This document shows, in pieces, positions 49,907-58,055 of a DNA stretch of 64,000 nt (the stretch's first letter is position 1; every line of letters starts with the position of its first letter). Source of the DNA: Gemmatimonadota bacterium (GTDB lineage Bacteria > Gemmatimonadota > Gemmatimonadetes > Gemmatimonadales > GWC2-71-9). Position numbers and translations under genes: made by a program. The notes below the pieces were generated by a model, which was not told where the DNA came from, made no database searches, and saw nothing but the letters and a program-made list of their open reading frames with translations. The stretch spans positions 1 to 64,000 of the forward strand of contig JAZDCY010000076.1 in the NCBI GenBank assembly GCA_036679645.1. Direction: 5' to 3'.

Positions 49907-50460
49907 GAGTGTGCACCCCCAACTTCATCCCACTGCGCCGTGACGTCGAGCTCGCCGATCCAGTGTTCGAGGTATGTCGAGTCGAGTTGTCCGGCATGGA
50001 CTCGGAGCAGGGCCGCCACGTCCTCGAGCTGGCGCGCCGAGGCTCCGAGCTTCGCCCACTCCAACTTGGCGATGATGATGTCCTCCACCGTGGCCACCCA
50101 CAAGGGACACTCCTCGTACTCGGCCTCCTGGCGCCTCGCGAATTCCGTTTCGCTGAAGGCCCGCGTCTTCCGGACGATCAAGTCGACCTTCCACCCGCTG
50201 TTGGTGTCGATGACATTGAACATCGAGCGTTGCTCAAGAGCTTCCTCAGCCGCTTCGAGAGAGACATAGACACCCGTGTCCGCAAGCGCGCGGACCACGG
50301 CGCGCAGTTGCGCTGCGGTCGGATCGATGACAACGTCGATATCCATCGTCGCCCGCCCGGCCCCGTGGAATGCCGCCGCCAGGGAGCCCGTCAACATGAA
50401 GGGAATGCCGGCAGCGTCAAGCGCCCCGACGAGCGACCGGAGAAGGGCCGCCACGGTCAC
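49903..50460 (-). CDS. Pol-beta-like nucleotidyltransferase, putative TA component
   Basis: '[25 protein letters not shown]' and '[10 protein letters not shown]....S.RQLED'. Confidence 0.8.
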   Translation of the reverse strand: MTVAALLRSLVGALDAAGIPFMLTGSLAAAFHGAGRATMDIDVVIDPTAAQLRAVVRALADTGVYVSLEAAEEALEQRSMFNVIDTNSGWKVDLIVRKTRAFSETEFARRQEAEYEECPLWVATVEDIIIAKLEWAKLGASARQLEDVAALLRVHAGQLDSTYLEHWIGELDVTAQWDEVGGAHS

Positions 50461-50681
50461 GCGGAGGATTCATCCGTTGGTCGCGGAACAAGCGACGCCC
50501 CACGTAGCAACTCCATCAGCTCCAACTCCGTCCGACCTGCGTGCAGTTCCTTGAGACGAGAGATCGCGAGGGCTCGGACCGATTCGCTCAACTCGAGCGC
50601 CCCGACCAAGCGTTGAAGCGGTGCGATCCGCCTGATCGCGTCCAGGCGTACAAGCTCGGCGGCCGGAGCGGTCTCACGCAT
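50457..50681 (-). CDS. Small helical protein, putative antitoxin of the NTase
   Basis: 74 aa directly upstream of the NTase with a GTGA overlap. Confidence 0.65.
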   Translation of the reverse strand: MRETAPAAELVRLDAIRRIAPLQRLVGALELSESVRALAISRLKELHAGRTELELMELLRGASLVPRPTDESSA

Positions 50682-50763
50682 GCATGCCGCCTTCGGCCAG
50701 TTGGCGCTCGATTGTGTAGCGGTCGGCGAGGGCGGTCGAGAGCTTGGACGTGATCTCGGTCAA
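50674..50763 (-). pseudogene. eSTK 5' remnant (29 aa)
   Basis: MTEITSKLSTALADRYTIERQLAEGGMHA*; its TTG overlaps the upstream kinase TGA. Confidence 0.88.
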
Positions 50764-53408
50764 TTCCCCACCTTCGCCTTCAACTCCTCGAACCAGTTGA
50801 GCACCACGTGGATCTCCCTGGCAATAGAAGTCGGATTCTTGACCCGTATCAGAAACCTCTCCCCGTCGTTCGTCACGGCGTAACTACCGGCCTCATCTGG
50901 GTGTTCCGGTACGACGAACAGAGGCCGGATATCGTCGACAGCGAACCTGGGCTCTGTTCGTACGGTCGCCGCAATCAGGATTGTGTCCTGCCAGAAGAAC
51001 AACTCACTCCCTGACGGTGCCCAGCGTGCGGAGCGGCCCTTCACCGTGGAGACCCTGATTGGGTCACTCACGTTTGGAAAGGATACGACGTACACCTGAG
51101 AGGTCCCACCTTCGTTCGACTCATAGGCCAGCCATGCGCCGTCGGGTGAGAACTGCGGATTCCATTCTTCACTGGGGGTCGTGTGGATCGGGATGCGAAT
51201 CGCCGGATCGTCGACGGCCACCACATACACGTCCGTTCCGGTGGCAGCCCATCCTTCCGAGACGGCGAGCCACTGCCCGTCGGGCGACCACGATCTCGGC
51301 CAGATTGCGTTCTCACTCTCGTAAAGGATCTCGGGCTCGGCGTCGCCGTCCACGTCCATCGTAAGCACGCGATGACCGCGCCCGTCCCCCGCATCCGACT
51401 GCCACGCGATACGGGCTCCGTCGGGTGACCAAACCGGCCAGCCTTCTGAACCCGCGCCGAACGTCAGCCGTCTAGGCGTGACCATTCCCTCTTCGAGAAG
51501 GTAGACGTCGTCGTTGAGCTGGTTGGGGAGGGTCATAGCGACGCGGCGTCCTCCGGGCTCGATCTCCAGTCCCCATGCGGCAGCAGCCGGTGGCCCGAAC
51601 TGTGACAGGCGCCGCCCTGTGCGATCGAACCAATAGTGCAGGTGGCGCTCCCAGGTATTCCCCCGCACAAAGGCCATGACTCCGGCGTCCGATACCGCGA
51701 ACGATGCACCGCCGCCCCATTGTCCGACTTGCACCCCCGACTCGACCGGGAACGATTCTCCTGTCTGTGCCTTGGCGCCCAGATCGAAGGGAACCGCCAG
51801 GATGGTGCCGTCTTCGTTCGCGTATACGACATGCCCGGACGGCACGTAATATCCGTATGCGGCATCCTCGACAACGGTCGTGCGCTCACCGGTCCTGAGA
51901 TCCTTCAGCACCACCTTCGAGTCGTGCCACTTCCCGCTGGTGCCGATCACCGAGAACAGCAGGAGCGACCCTCCAGCAAGCGATTGGGGCCACATGTGTT
52001 GGTTCTCGTCGGAGTGCCCAGTCAACGTCGTGATCGGCTCGGGCTCACCTTCCGCAACGGGAAGTCGCCAGATGCCCTGTGCGCCGCGTCCGTAGACCAG
52101 GAAACCATCCTCTCCCCAGTCCGCACCGTAGGTGTCTCCTGGGGCGTTGCCGATCGGAGTGATCACGCCTCCCTCCGACCGCATTCTCTTGAACACACCT
52201 ATCTGGAGGAAGCCTACCGATTCCCCATCCGGCGAAAAGAAGGGATTGTCAGCCCCGTTCGTTCCCGCCAAAGGCTCGGCGGTTTCCTGAGCAAGCTCTC
52301 GTAGGACCAGACCTCCGTTTTCGCCGTAGACGACGAAGCGCCCATCCGGTGATACCGCCAAGGATGACCGTTCGGCCTCTGCCATCTCGTGGCCACCAGG
52401 GACGGGGATCGTGAAGCGCACTGGATGAGTCGACGGCGGTGGACGCAGCCAGCCCCACGCGGTAGTAAGGAGGAGCAGCACGGCGACGACGGCGAGGCCA
52501 ACGCTCAGGCGATTCCACATTCCCGTTGTACGTGAACCCGCTACCGGCGCCGCCTGCATGGTCGGCAGGGTGAACACCGTGTTGGTCAATGCCTCGCCAA
52601 ACTTCGCCGCACTCTCGAAGCGGTCTGCCGCGAGCTTCTCCAACGCCTTTGCCGTCGCCGCTCCCACGTTCGGCGGCACCGACTTCCGTAACGCCGTCAC
52701 CGGCTGCACTTCTTCCGCGACGATCTTCATGATGATCTGCTGCGCCGATGAACCGACGTGCGGTGGGCTCCCGGTCAACATCTCATACAACACGCTGCCC
52801 AACGAGTAGATGTCGGAACGGTTTGTGAGATCCTTTTCGGCGGTCGCTTGCTCAGGACTCATGTAGTGCGGCGTCCCCAGCGAGAGCCCCGTCTCCGTCA
52901 TGCGCCCACCCGCCGCCGCGCTCACCGCCAGCGCAATCCCAAAGTCTGCCACCATCGGCCGGCTGTCATGCATCAGAATGTTCTCGGGCTTGATGTCTCG
53001 ATGGATCACGTTGTTGCGGTGCGCGTAGTCCAAAGCGTCCGCCACATCCGTCGTGATCTTCACCGCTTCCTCGATGCCGAGCTGTGTCTCGCGGTCGAGC
53101 TTGTCGCGCAGCGTCTCGCCCTCTATGTAGGGCATGACGTAATAGAGGAAAGAGTCCGCTTCGCCCGAATCGAACAGCGGCAGGATGTGTGGGTGTTGCA
53201 GATTCGCGGTGGTCGTGATCTCCTGCACGAACCGCTCGGCGCCGAGCACGGCGGCGAGCTCGGGACGGAGCACCTTGATGGCGACCTTGCGGTCGTGTTT
53301 GATGTCGTGCGCGAGGTAGACCGTGGCCATGCCACCGGCGCCGAGTTCGCGCTCGATCGTGTAGCGGTCGGCTAGGGCGGCCGTGAGGCGGGAGGCGTCG
53401 TCGGTCAT
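50760..53408 (-). CDS. eSTK with TM segment and TolB/PD40-like beta-propeller
   Basis: HRDIKPEN, DFG and YMSPEQ; TM segment; SPDG repeats; 'VVLNWFEEL' C-terminus. Confidence 0.95.
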   Translation of the reverse strand: MTDDASRLTAALADRYTIERELGAGGMATVYLAHDIKHDRKVAIKVLRPELAAVLGAERFVQEITTTANLQHPHILPLFDSGEADSFLYYVMPYIEGETLRDKLDRETQLGIEEAVKITTDVADALDYAHRNNVIHRDIKPENILMHDSRPMVADFGIALAVSAAAGGRMTETGLSLGTPHYMSPEQATAEKDLTNRSDIYSLGSVLYEMLTGSPPHVGSSAQQIIMKIVAEEVQPVTALRKSVPPNVGAATAKALEKLAADRFESAAKFGEALTNTVFTLPTMQAAPVAGSRTTGMWNRLSVGLAVVAVLLLLTTAWGWLRPPPSTHPVRFTIPVPGGHEMAEAERSSLAVSPDGRFVVYGENGGLVLRELAQETAEPLAGTNGADNPFFSPDGESVGFLQIGVFKRMRSEGGVITPIGNAPGDTYGADWGEDGFLVYGRGAQGIWRLPVAEGEPEPITTLTGHSDENQHMWPQSLAGGSLLLFSVIGTSGKWHDSKVVLKDLRTGERTTVVEDAAYGYYVPSGHVVYANEDGTILAVPFDLGAKAQTGESFPVESGVQVGQWGGGASFAVSDAGVMAFVRGNTWERHLHYWFDRTGRRLSQFGPPAAAAWGLEIEPGGRRVAMTLPNQLNDDVYLLEEGMVTPRRLTFGAGSEGWPVWSPDGARIAWQSDAGDGRGHRVLTMDVDGDAEPEILYESENAIWPRSWSPDGQWLAVSEGWAATGTDVYVVAVDDPAIRIPIHTTPSEEWNPQFSPDGAWLAYESNEGGTSQVYVVSFPNVSDPIRVSTVKGRSARWAPSGSELFFWQDTILIAATVRTEPRFAVDDIRPLFVVPEHPDEAGSYAVTNDGERFLIRVKNPTSIAREIHVVLNWFEELKAKVGN

Positions 53409-53420
53409 CTCCACTCCGCA

Positions 53421-53500
53421 TTCCGACGTTGAAGCGTCGGCTCGGCGGCGCTTCGCGCTGACACGTGTTGAAAGACCGGGCAGCGTCCTTCAGCCCGGGA
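53421..53500. repeat. REP-like hairpin cluster, copy 1
   Basis: CCGACG-TTGAAG-CGTCGG and related hairpins; aligns with 54408-54520, lacking 33 bp between CTTCAG repeats. Confidence 0.85.
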
Positions 53501-53502
53501 AC

Positions 53503-53581
53503 CGCCACCGGCGCGGAGTTCGTGCCCGATGCGGTAGTGGTCCGCTAGGGCCGCCGATAGCCTCCCAGTGATCTCCGCCAT
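53503..53581 (-). pseudogene. eSTK 5' remnant
   Basis: MAEITGRLSAALADHYRIGHELRAGG; the frame continues through the hairpins to a TGA overlapping the kinase ATG. Confidence 0.85.
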
Positions 53582-53791
53582 TTCCTAAGATGCGCTGCGG
53601 AACCGGCGTCTGCGAGCAGTGGCGACAACGGCAGCTGCGGTGGATGTCCGCGACCCCCTCGTTGATCAGGGGGAATCCATTCGGCGCGCACGGCGCCTGT
53701 TCGCGTGATTTCGGCTATGCCCCGTCGCAAGGCGCTCCCCATCATCTCGCATGCCTTGCACTACTCGGCCGAGGAGGATCAGATTATGGGC

Positions 53792-54337
53792 ATGCCCGCG
53801 TCACAGGCGATCTCTACGATCGCGGAGCTGCTCGCGCTACCGGAGGACGGCTTGCGCCACGAGCTGCTGGATGGTCAGCACGTCGTGACGCCGTCGCCCA
53901 AGCTCGCGCACCAGGGCATCCTGAGTCGCCTGTTCAGTCTCCTGTCCCCGGGTGTGGCAGAACACGCCGATGTGGTGCTGTGCTGGAGTCCGGCGGATGT
54001 CCATCTTGGGCCACGAACCCTCGTGCAGCCAGATCTCTTCATTGTTCGCCTGCCGGTTACCGGGCTTCACGCGTCGTGGCGGGACGTACCGACGCCGCTG
54101 TTGGTAATCGAAGTGCTCTCGCCGTCGACGGCCGCGCGCGACCGCGGTGCGAAGCGACGGATCTACATAGATGCTGGTGTCGAGGAGTACTGGATCATCG
54201 ACGTCGACGCGCGACTGATCGAGCGGTGGCGCCCACGCGACGAGCGGCCCGAGATCATCGATGGAGCGCTACAGTGGGAATTGAGCATCGGGCTGTCGGG
54301 CGTGGTGGACGTTACGAAGCTTTTCGAGGGGCTCTGA
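53792..54337 (+). CDS. Uma2-family (PD-(D/E)xK) endonuclease
   Basis: 'RHELLDG..VVTPSP...HQ', 'VQPDL', 'EVLSPST..RDRG.K...Y...GVEEYWIID'. Confidence 0.9.
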   Translation: MPASQAISTIAELLALPEDGLRHELLDGQHVVTPSPKLAHQGILSRLFSLLSPGVAEHADVVLCWSPADVHLGPRTLVQPDLFIVRLPVTGLHASWRDVPTPLLVIEVLSPSTAARDRGAKRRIYIDAGVEEYWIIDVDARLIERWRPRDERPEIIDGALQWELSIGLSGVVDVTKLFEGL

Positions 54338-54407
54338 AAGCCCGCGAGCAAACTCGTGGCCCTGCACCCTGTCGCTCAAACCGATGTTGGCGGTCGGTGG
54401 TCGCGCA

Positions 54408-54520
54408 CTCTGACGCTGAAGCGTCGGCTCGGTGAGCTTCACGCCGACACGTCTTGAAAGACGGCGCAGCGTCCTTCAGGACGCACCGCATCGCGCCGAG
54501 CCCGGGCTTCAGCCCGGGAA
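54408..54520. repeat. REP-like hairpin cluster, copy 2
   Basis: Four hairpins with TGAA/TTCA loops: GACGC-TGAA-GCGTC, CGTCT-TGAA-AGACG, GCGTCC-TTCA-GGACGC and CCCGGGC-TTCA-GCCCGGG. Confidence 0.88.
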
Positions 54521-54585
54521 CCGCCGCCGCCGCCGAGTTCGCGCTCGACTCGGTAGCGGTCGGCAAGAGCGTCGGCTGTGAGTTG
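54521..54585 (-). pseudogene. eSTK 5' remnant
   Basis: Minus strand reads ALADRYRVERELGGGG. Confidence 0.82.
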
Positions 54586-54617
54586 ACCACTCCTATACAG
54601 CGATGTATATACATCAT

Positions 54618-54875
54618 GTGATCAGGACGCAACTCTATCTCGACGAGAGTGTCCACCAACGGCTTCGCGAGTTGGCCAAGAAGCAGGGACGTACTATTTC
54701 CGATTTGGTGCGCGAAGCGGTCGCACGCGCGTACGGTGGCGGGCAGGTCGATGAGCGCATCACCACGCTTCAAGGGATAACCTCGCTATGGCGCGACCGG
54801 GACGACCTCGGGGCCACCGACGTGTACGTGAGGCGGCTGCGTCGCGATACGCGACGGCGTCGGGGGCGGGACTAG
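54618..54875 (+). CDS. vapB: RHH/CopG antitoxin
   Basis: 'MIRTQLYLD....RLRELAKKQGRTISDLVREAV'. Confidence 0.85.
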   Translation: MIRTQLYLDESVHQRLRELAKKQGRTISDLVREAVARAYGGGQVDERITTLQGITSLWRDRDDLGATDVYVRRLRRDTRRRRGRD

Positions 54876-55252
54876 CAGGGGTCCTCTACGACTCCGACAT
54901 CATCATAGAGATTCTCCGCGGCCGCAAACAGATTGTGCACGCAGCGACCGCGCTCGAGGACAGTGGTGTTCCCACGTACTGTACCGCGATTGCTTGGGCG
55001 GAGATCTACGCGGGGATTAGACCGGGCGAGGAACCGATCACACAGGCGTTTTTCGAGGCCCGGGGAGAGATCGTGTTGGATGGGCTCGTCGGCCGGCGCG
55101 CCGGAGCCTACTTGGCACGCTACTCAGGATCGCACGGCCTCGAGCTCGCCGATGCGTTGGTCGCGGCGGCTGCCGCGGCGTCGGGCGTCTACCTGTGGAC
55201 GCTCGACCGCAAGCACTACCCAATGCCAGACCTGAGGTTTTACGATCGGTGA
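54872..55252 (+). CDS. vapC: PIN-domain toxin; start codon unclear
   Basis: 'LYDSDIII.ILRG', 'WAEIYAG', 'LADALVAA' and 'LWTLDRKHYP'. Confidence 0.85.
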   Translation, partial: LAGVLYDSDIIIEILRGRKQIVHAATALEDSGVPTYCTAIAWAEIYAGIRPGEEPITQAFFEARGEIVLDGLVGRRAGAYLARYSGSHGLELADALVAAAAAASGVYLWTLDRKHYPMPDLRFYDR

Positions 55253-55273
55253 GCGCCCGCCGTCCCGCGCTCA

Positions 55274-55690
55274 TTAGCCAGGCCCCGGCTGCGCCTCGTC
55301 CGTCACGATCTCATGATGATCTGCTGCGCCGACGGTGATCGGGCTCATCGATCCCCCAGCTCCATCACCCACACGTCGCTCTCGTGCGAGCCCATGGTCA
55401 GGTAGAACTTCTGCCCGTCCGTAGCGAGTCGGCTGGCGCGTCGGGTCGTCGAAGCGGACCAGTATACGGCTGGGGCCGCCGCCTCGCGCCACCACCCGGA
55501 TCATCCACCCGGCGGCACCCTTCGCGAGATAGTACAGCAACGCCCCGTCCGGGGACCAAGTGCTGTAGAAAGCTTCGGCACCATCGGCCGCGTTCGACGT
55601 GAGCAGCCGTGGCTCCCCACCCGCCGGATCGAGGACCTCCATCCCGTCGGTGGCGTGATAGGCGATCTGGTCACCGCCAGTTCGTGTATG
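55274..55690 (-). pseudogene. Remnants of two tandem eSTK genes (a beta-propeller C-terminus, then a collapsed kinase)
   Basis: 'WSPDG...LVRFDDP...ESDVWVMELGDR*' resembles the 1243 kinase end. An ATGA overlap leads into 'MSPIT|SAQQIIM..VTDEAQP', matching the 50760 kinase C-lobe. Confidence 0.8.
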
Positions 55691-55767
55691 GGGCCGCTAG
55701 TCCGCTGGTCAACCCGGTCCCGTCCGCCTCTACCGTATAGACGTCACGATTGCCGTTCCGCAACGAG

Positions 55768-55852
55768 TGGGCCGAGTTCGCGCTCGATGGTGTAGCGGTC
55801 GGCGAGGGCGGTGCTTCGCGCCGACCCGTCTTGAAAGACGGCGAGCGCCCTT
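55768..55852 (-). pseudogene. eSTK 5' remnant preceded by a partial hairpin cluster (copy 3)
   Basis: CCGTCT-TGAA-AGACGG hairpin, then [15 protein letters not shown]. Confidence 0.82.
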
Positions 55853-55892
55853 CTCCTCCGACTTTGTCGCTCGTTCCGCCTTCCTATACTGG

Positions 55893-57926
55893 TCACGGCA
55901 CCGGCGTCACGGCCGCGTCGAGATGTGTCTTTATCCACTCGATCCAATTCCGATAGACGTCGAGTCGGCGTACCGGATCGCCGGGGAAATGTGTGCGGCC
56001 GGGATACAGCACAAACCTGGTCTCCACCCCGTTGTCGCGCAGCGCGTGGAACAGCTTGTACGACTGCGTGACCGGCACGCGAAAATCCTGCGTGGACGAC
56101 ATGATGAGCGTCGGTGCGGTAATCTGCGTGGCGTAACTGATGGGAGATTGCTCGCGGTATTCCTCCCGCCGATTGTCGGTCCACGGCGAGCCACCCATGG
56201 CGTAACGCATGTTCACGTTGAAATCGGCCATGTTGTACTGGTCTTCCAAATCGGTTACGGCGGCACCCGCCATTGCCGCGCGCCACGCGTCGGGATAGTT
56301 CCCGGCGAGCCACGATGTCATGTACCCACCGTAGGACCATCCAGTGACCGCCATGCGCGATCCGTCCACATACGGACGATCGTGCAGTTCCGCCACGCCG
56401 GCCATCACGTCACGTCCCGGTCCCGCTCCAGCATCGCCCACGATGGCCCGCTGAAACACCGTGCCGAGGTTGTCGCTGCCGCGGTAATTCGGCTGGAACA
56501 CGACCCACCCCTGGGCCGCCATCACCTGGCCGAGCGTCGAGAACGACGTCTTGGACGCCGACATCGGCCCGCCGTGGATGAGCAGCACTAGTGGATACGA
56601 CCGGTCGGGAGAGAAATCCGGTGGGTGGATGACCACGCCGTCGGGGGTATACGCGTCGCTCGTCCAGGTAATGCGTTCCATCCGGCCGAGCGCGTACTCG
56701 CCAATCCAGTCGTTGTAGTCGGTGAGCCGTCTTGGTTCCGTATGCGGTGACGACAGGTAGTACAGCTCGGCTGGATGGTCTGCCGTCGATGCCGTGAAGG
56801 CAATCGCGCCGTCGGGGCCCACCGTCACGTCGTACCCAAAGGCGCCCGAGATGACGAGGTCGCCCACGTCGATACGGCGCGCCCGGCCCTCGAGCGGATA
56901 CTGCCACAGTCCGACCGTCGTCTCGTGGTTGCCAGCGACCAGGAGGCTGCGGCCGTCGGGCATCCACTCGGACAGAAAGAGATTGTGGTCCAGCGGGCGC
57001 GTGAGCGTCCGTCCCGAGCCACCGTCTGCGGGAGCGAGCCATACCTCGTTGCCGCTCCAATAAGGCGCGGGGTTGTCCGGGTCGGCGACGGGAGACCAAT
57101 AGGCGATCGTGCGACCATCCGGCGAGTAGCTGGGCGTGGTCTCATAGGCTTCCGCCCCGGTGAGTGAGCTGCTCTCGCGTGTCGCGAGGTCGAGGATCTG
57201 GATAGTGGTCGAGTCGCCGTTACCGGTGTAGGTGTTGGGAAGACGCACGTAGGCCAGTGATGTGCCGTCGGGCGACCAGCGGATGGGGGATGGGGGAGAC
57301 CCCGGTGGCAGTACGAACTCCACACTCCACGTGCCCGAGGTGAGCCGTTCGGGCTTGCCGCCGTCTGTTGGCACGAACCACAGATGCGACGGCTGGATCG
57401 GCGCACCGAGAAAGATGTCGTTGTTGCCCGCCTCGAACATGTTCAGATACCGTTGCGCACCCTCCCGTTCAGGTTCGTCGTCCATGGTGACAAAGGCAAT
57501 CGCGGTCCCGTCGGGTCGCCAGGCGAACTGCTGCACACCCTGCTTTGCACTCGTGAGCGCGCGCGCGTCGCCGCCGGCCATCGGCATCAGGAAAAGTTGG
57601 GGTGTCTTGTTCGCGTTCGCCGCCAGAAAGCCGATGTACGCACCATCCGGGGACCAGGCGGGCTGTGAAGCTCCTGGCCGATCGTAGGTCAGCACGCGGC
57701 GCGTGCCGGATGCCACGTCCGCCAGGACCAGTTGCGCATCCAACCGGTTCTCCTCGTAGTTGGGCCGGGATACCACGAATACAATGGACGCGCCGTCTGG
57801 TGAGATAGCCGGACTCGAGACCCTGACAACGTTGCGTAGGGCGTCGAGATCGAGAGGTCGCTGCTGAGCGGTAGCCGGTGCAGCCGCCAGAGGAGCGACC
57901 AGTGCAGCCAGCAGTCCGATACGCAT
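55893..57926 (-). CDS. S9 family (prolyl oligopeptidase-like) peptidase, exported
   Basis: Signal peptide, SPDG propeller repeats, HGGP, GWSYGG, D(FRVP) and H. Confidence 0.93.
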   Translation of the reverse strand: MRIGLLAALVAPLAAAPATAQQRPLDLDALRNVVRVSSPAISPDGASIVFVVSRPNYEENRLDAQLVLADVASGTRRVLTYDRPGASQPAWSPDGAYIGFLAANANKTPQLFLMPMAGGDARALTSAKQGVQQFAWRPDGTAIAFVTMDDEPEREGAQRYLNMFEAGNNDIFLGAPIQPSHLWFVPTDGGKPERLTSGTWSVEFVLPPGSPPSPIRWSPDGTSLAYVRLPNTYTGNGDSTTIQILDLATRESSSLTGAEAYETTPSYSPDGRTIAYWSPVADPDNPAPYWSGNEVWLAPADGGSGRTLTRPLDHNLFLSEWMPDGRSLLVAGNHETTVGLWQYPLEGRARRIDVGDLVISGAFGYDVTVGPDGAIAFTASTADHPAELYYLSSPHTEPRRLTDYNDWIGEYALGRMERITWTSDAYTPDGVVIHPPDFSPDRSYPLVLLIHGGPMSASKTSFSTLGQVMAAQGWVVFQPNYRGSDNLGTVFQRAIVGDAGAGPGRDVMAGVAELHDRPYVDGSRMAVTGWSYGGYMTSWLAGNYPDAWRAAMAGAAVTDLEDQYNMADFNVNMRYAMGGSPWTDNRREEYREQSPISYATQITAPTLIMSSTQDFRVPVTQSYKLFHALRDNGVETRFVLYPGRTHFPGDPVRRLDVYRNWIEWIKTHLDAAVTPVP

Positions 57927-58055
57927 GACGTGCCTCCGGGTGGTGTTGGTGGCGGGAACGCCGAGGTTGGTACCCTGCAAACATGCGCCCGCATCGGGCT
58001 GCGCGCGAGTGCAACTCATGGTGCGGTCACTCGTCCGCGACGTTATTCATTTCCC

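Noticed and set aside
49634..53408. Kinase remnants as target-site duplications or a collapsed assembly repeat
   Set aside because: Each copy has its own N-terminal residues and many third-position differences, so they are distinct paralogous sequences.
28648..55812. Kinase repeats as DGR template/variable repeats
   Set aside because: No reverse transcriptase in the window, and the differences are mostly synonymous rather than adenine-specific.
48766..55852. Classical integron with attC sites
   Set aside because: No intI, and the hairpins lack recognisable RYYYAAC/GTTRRRY ends.
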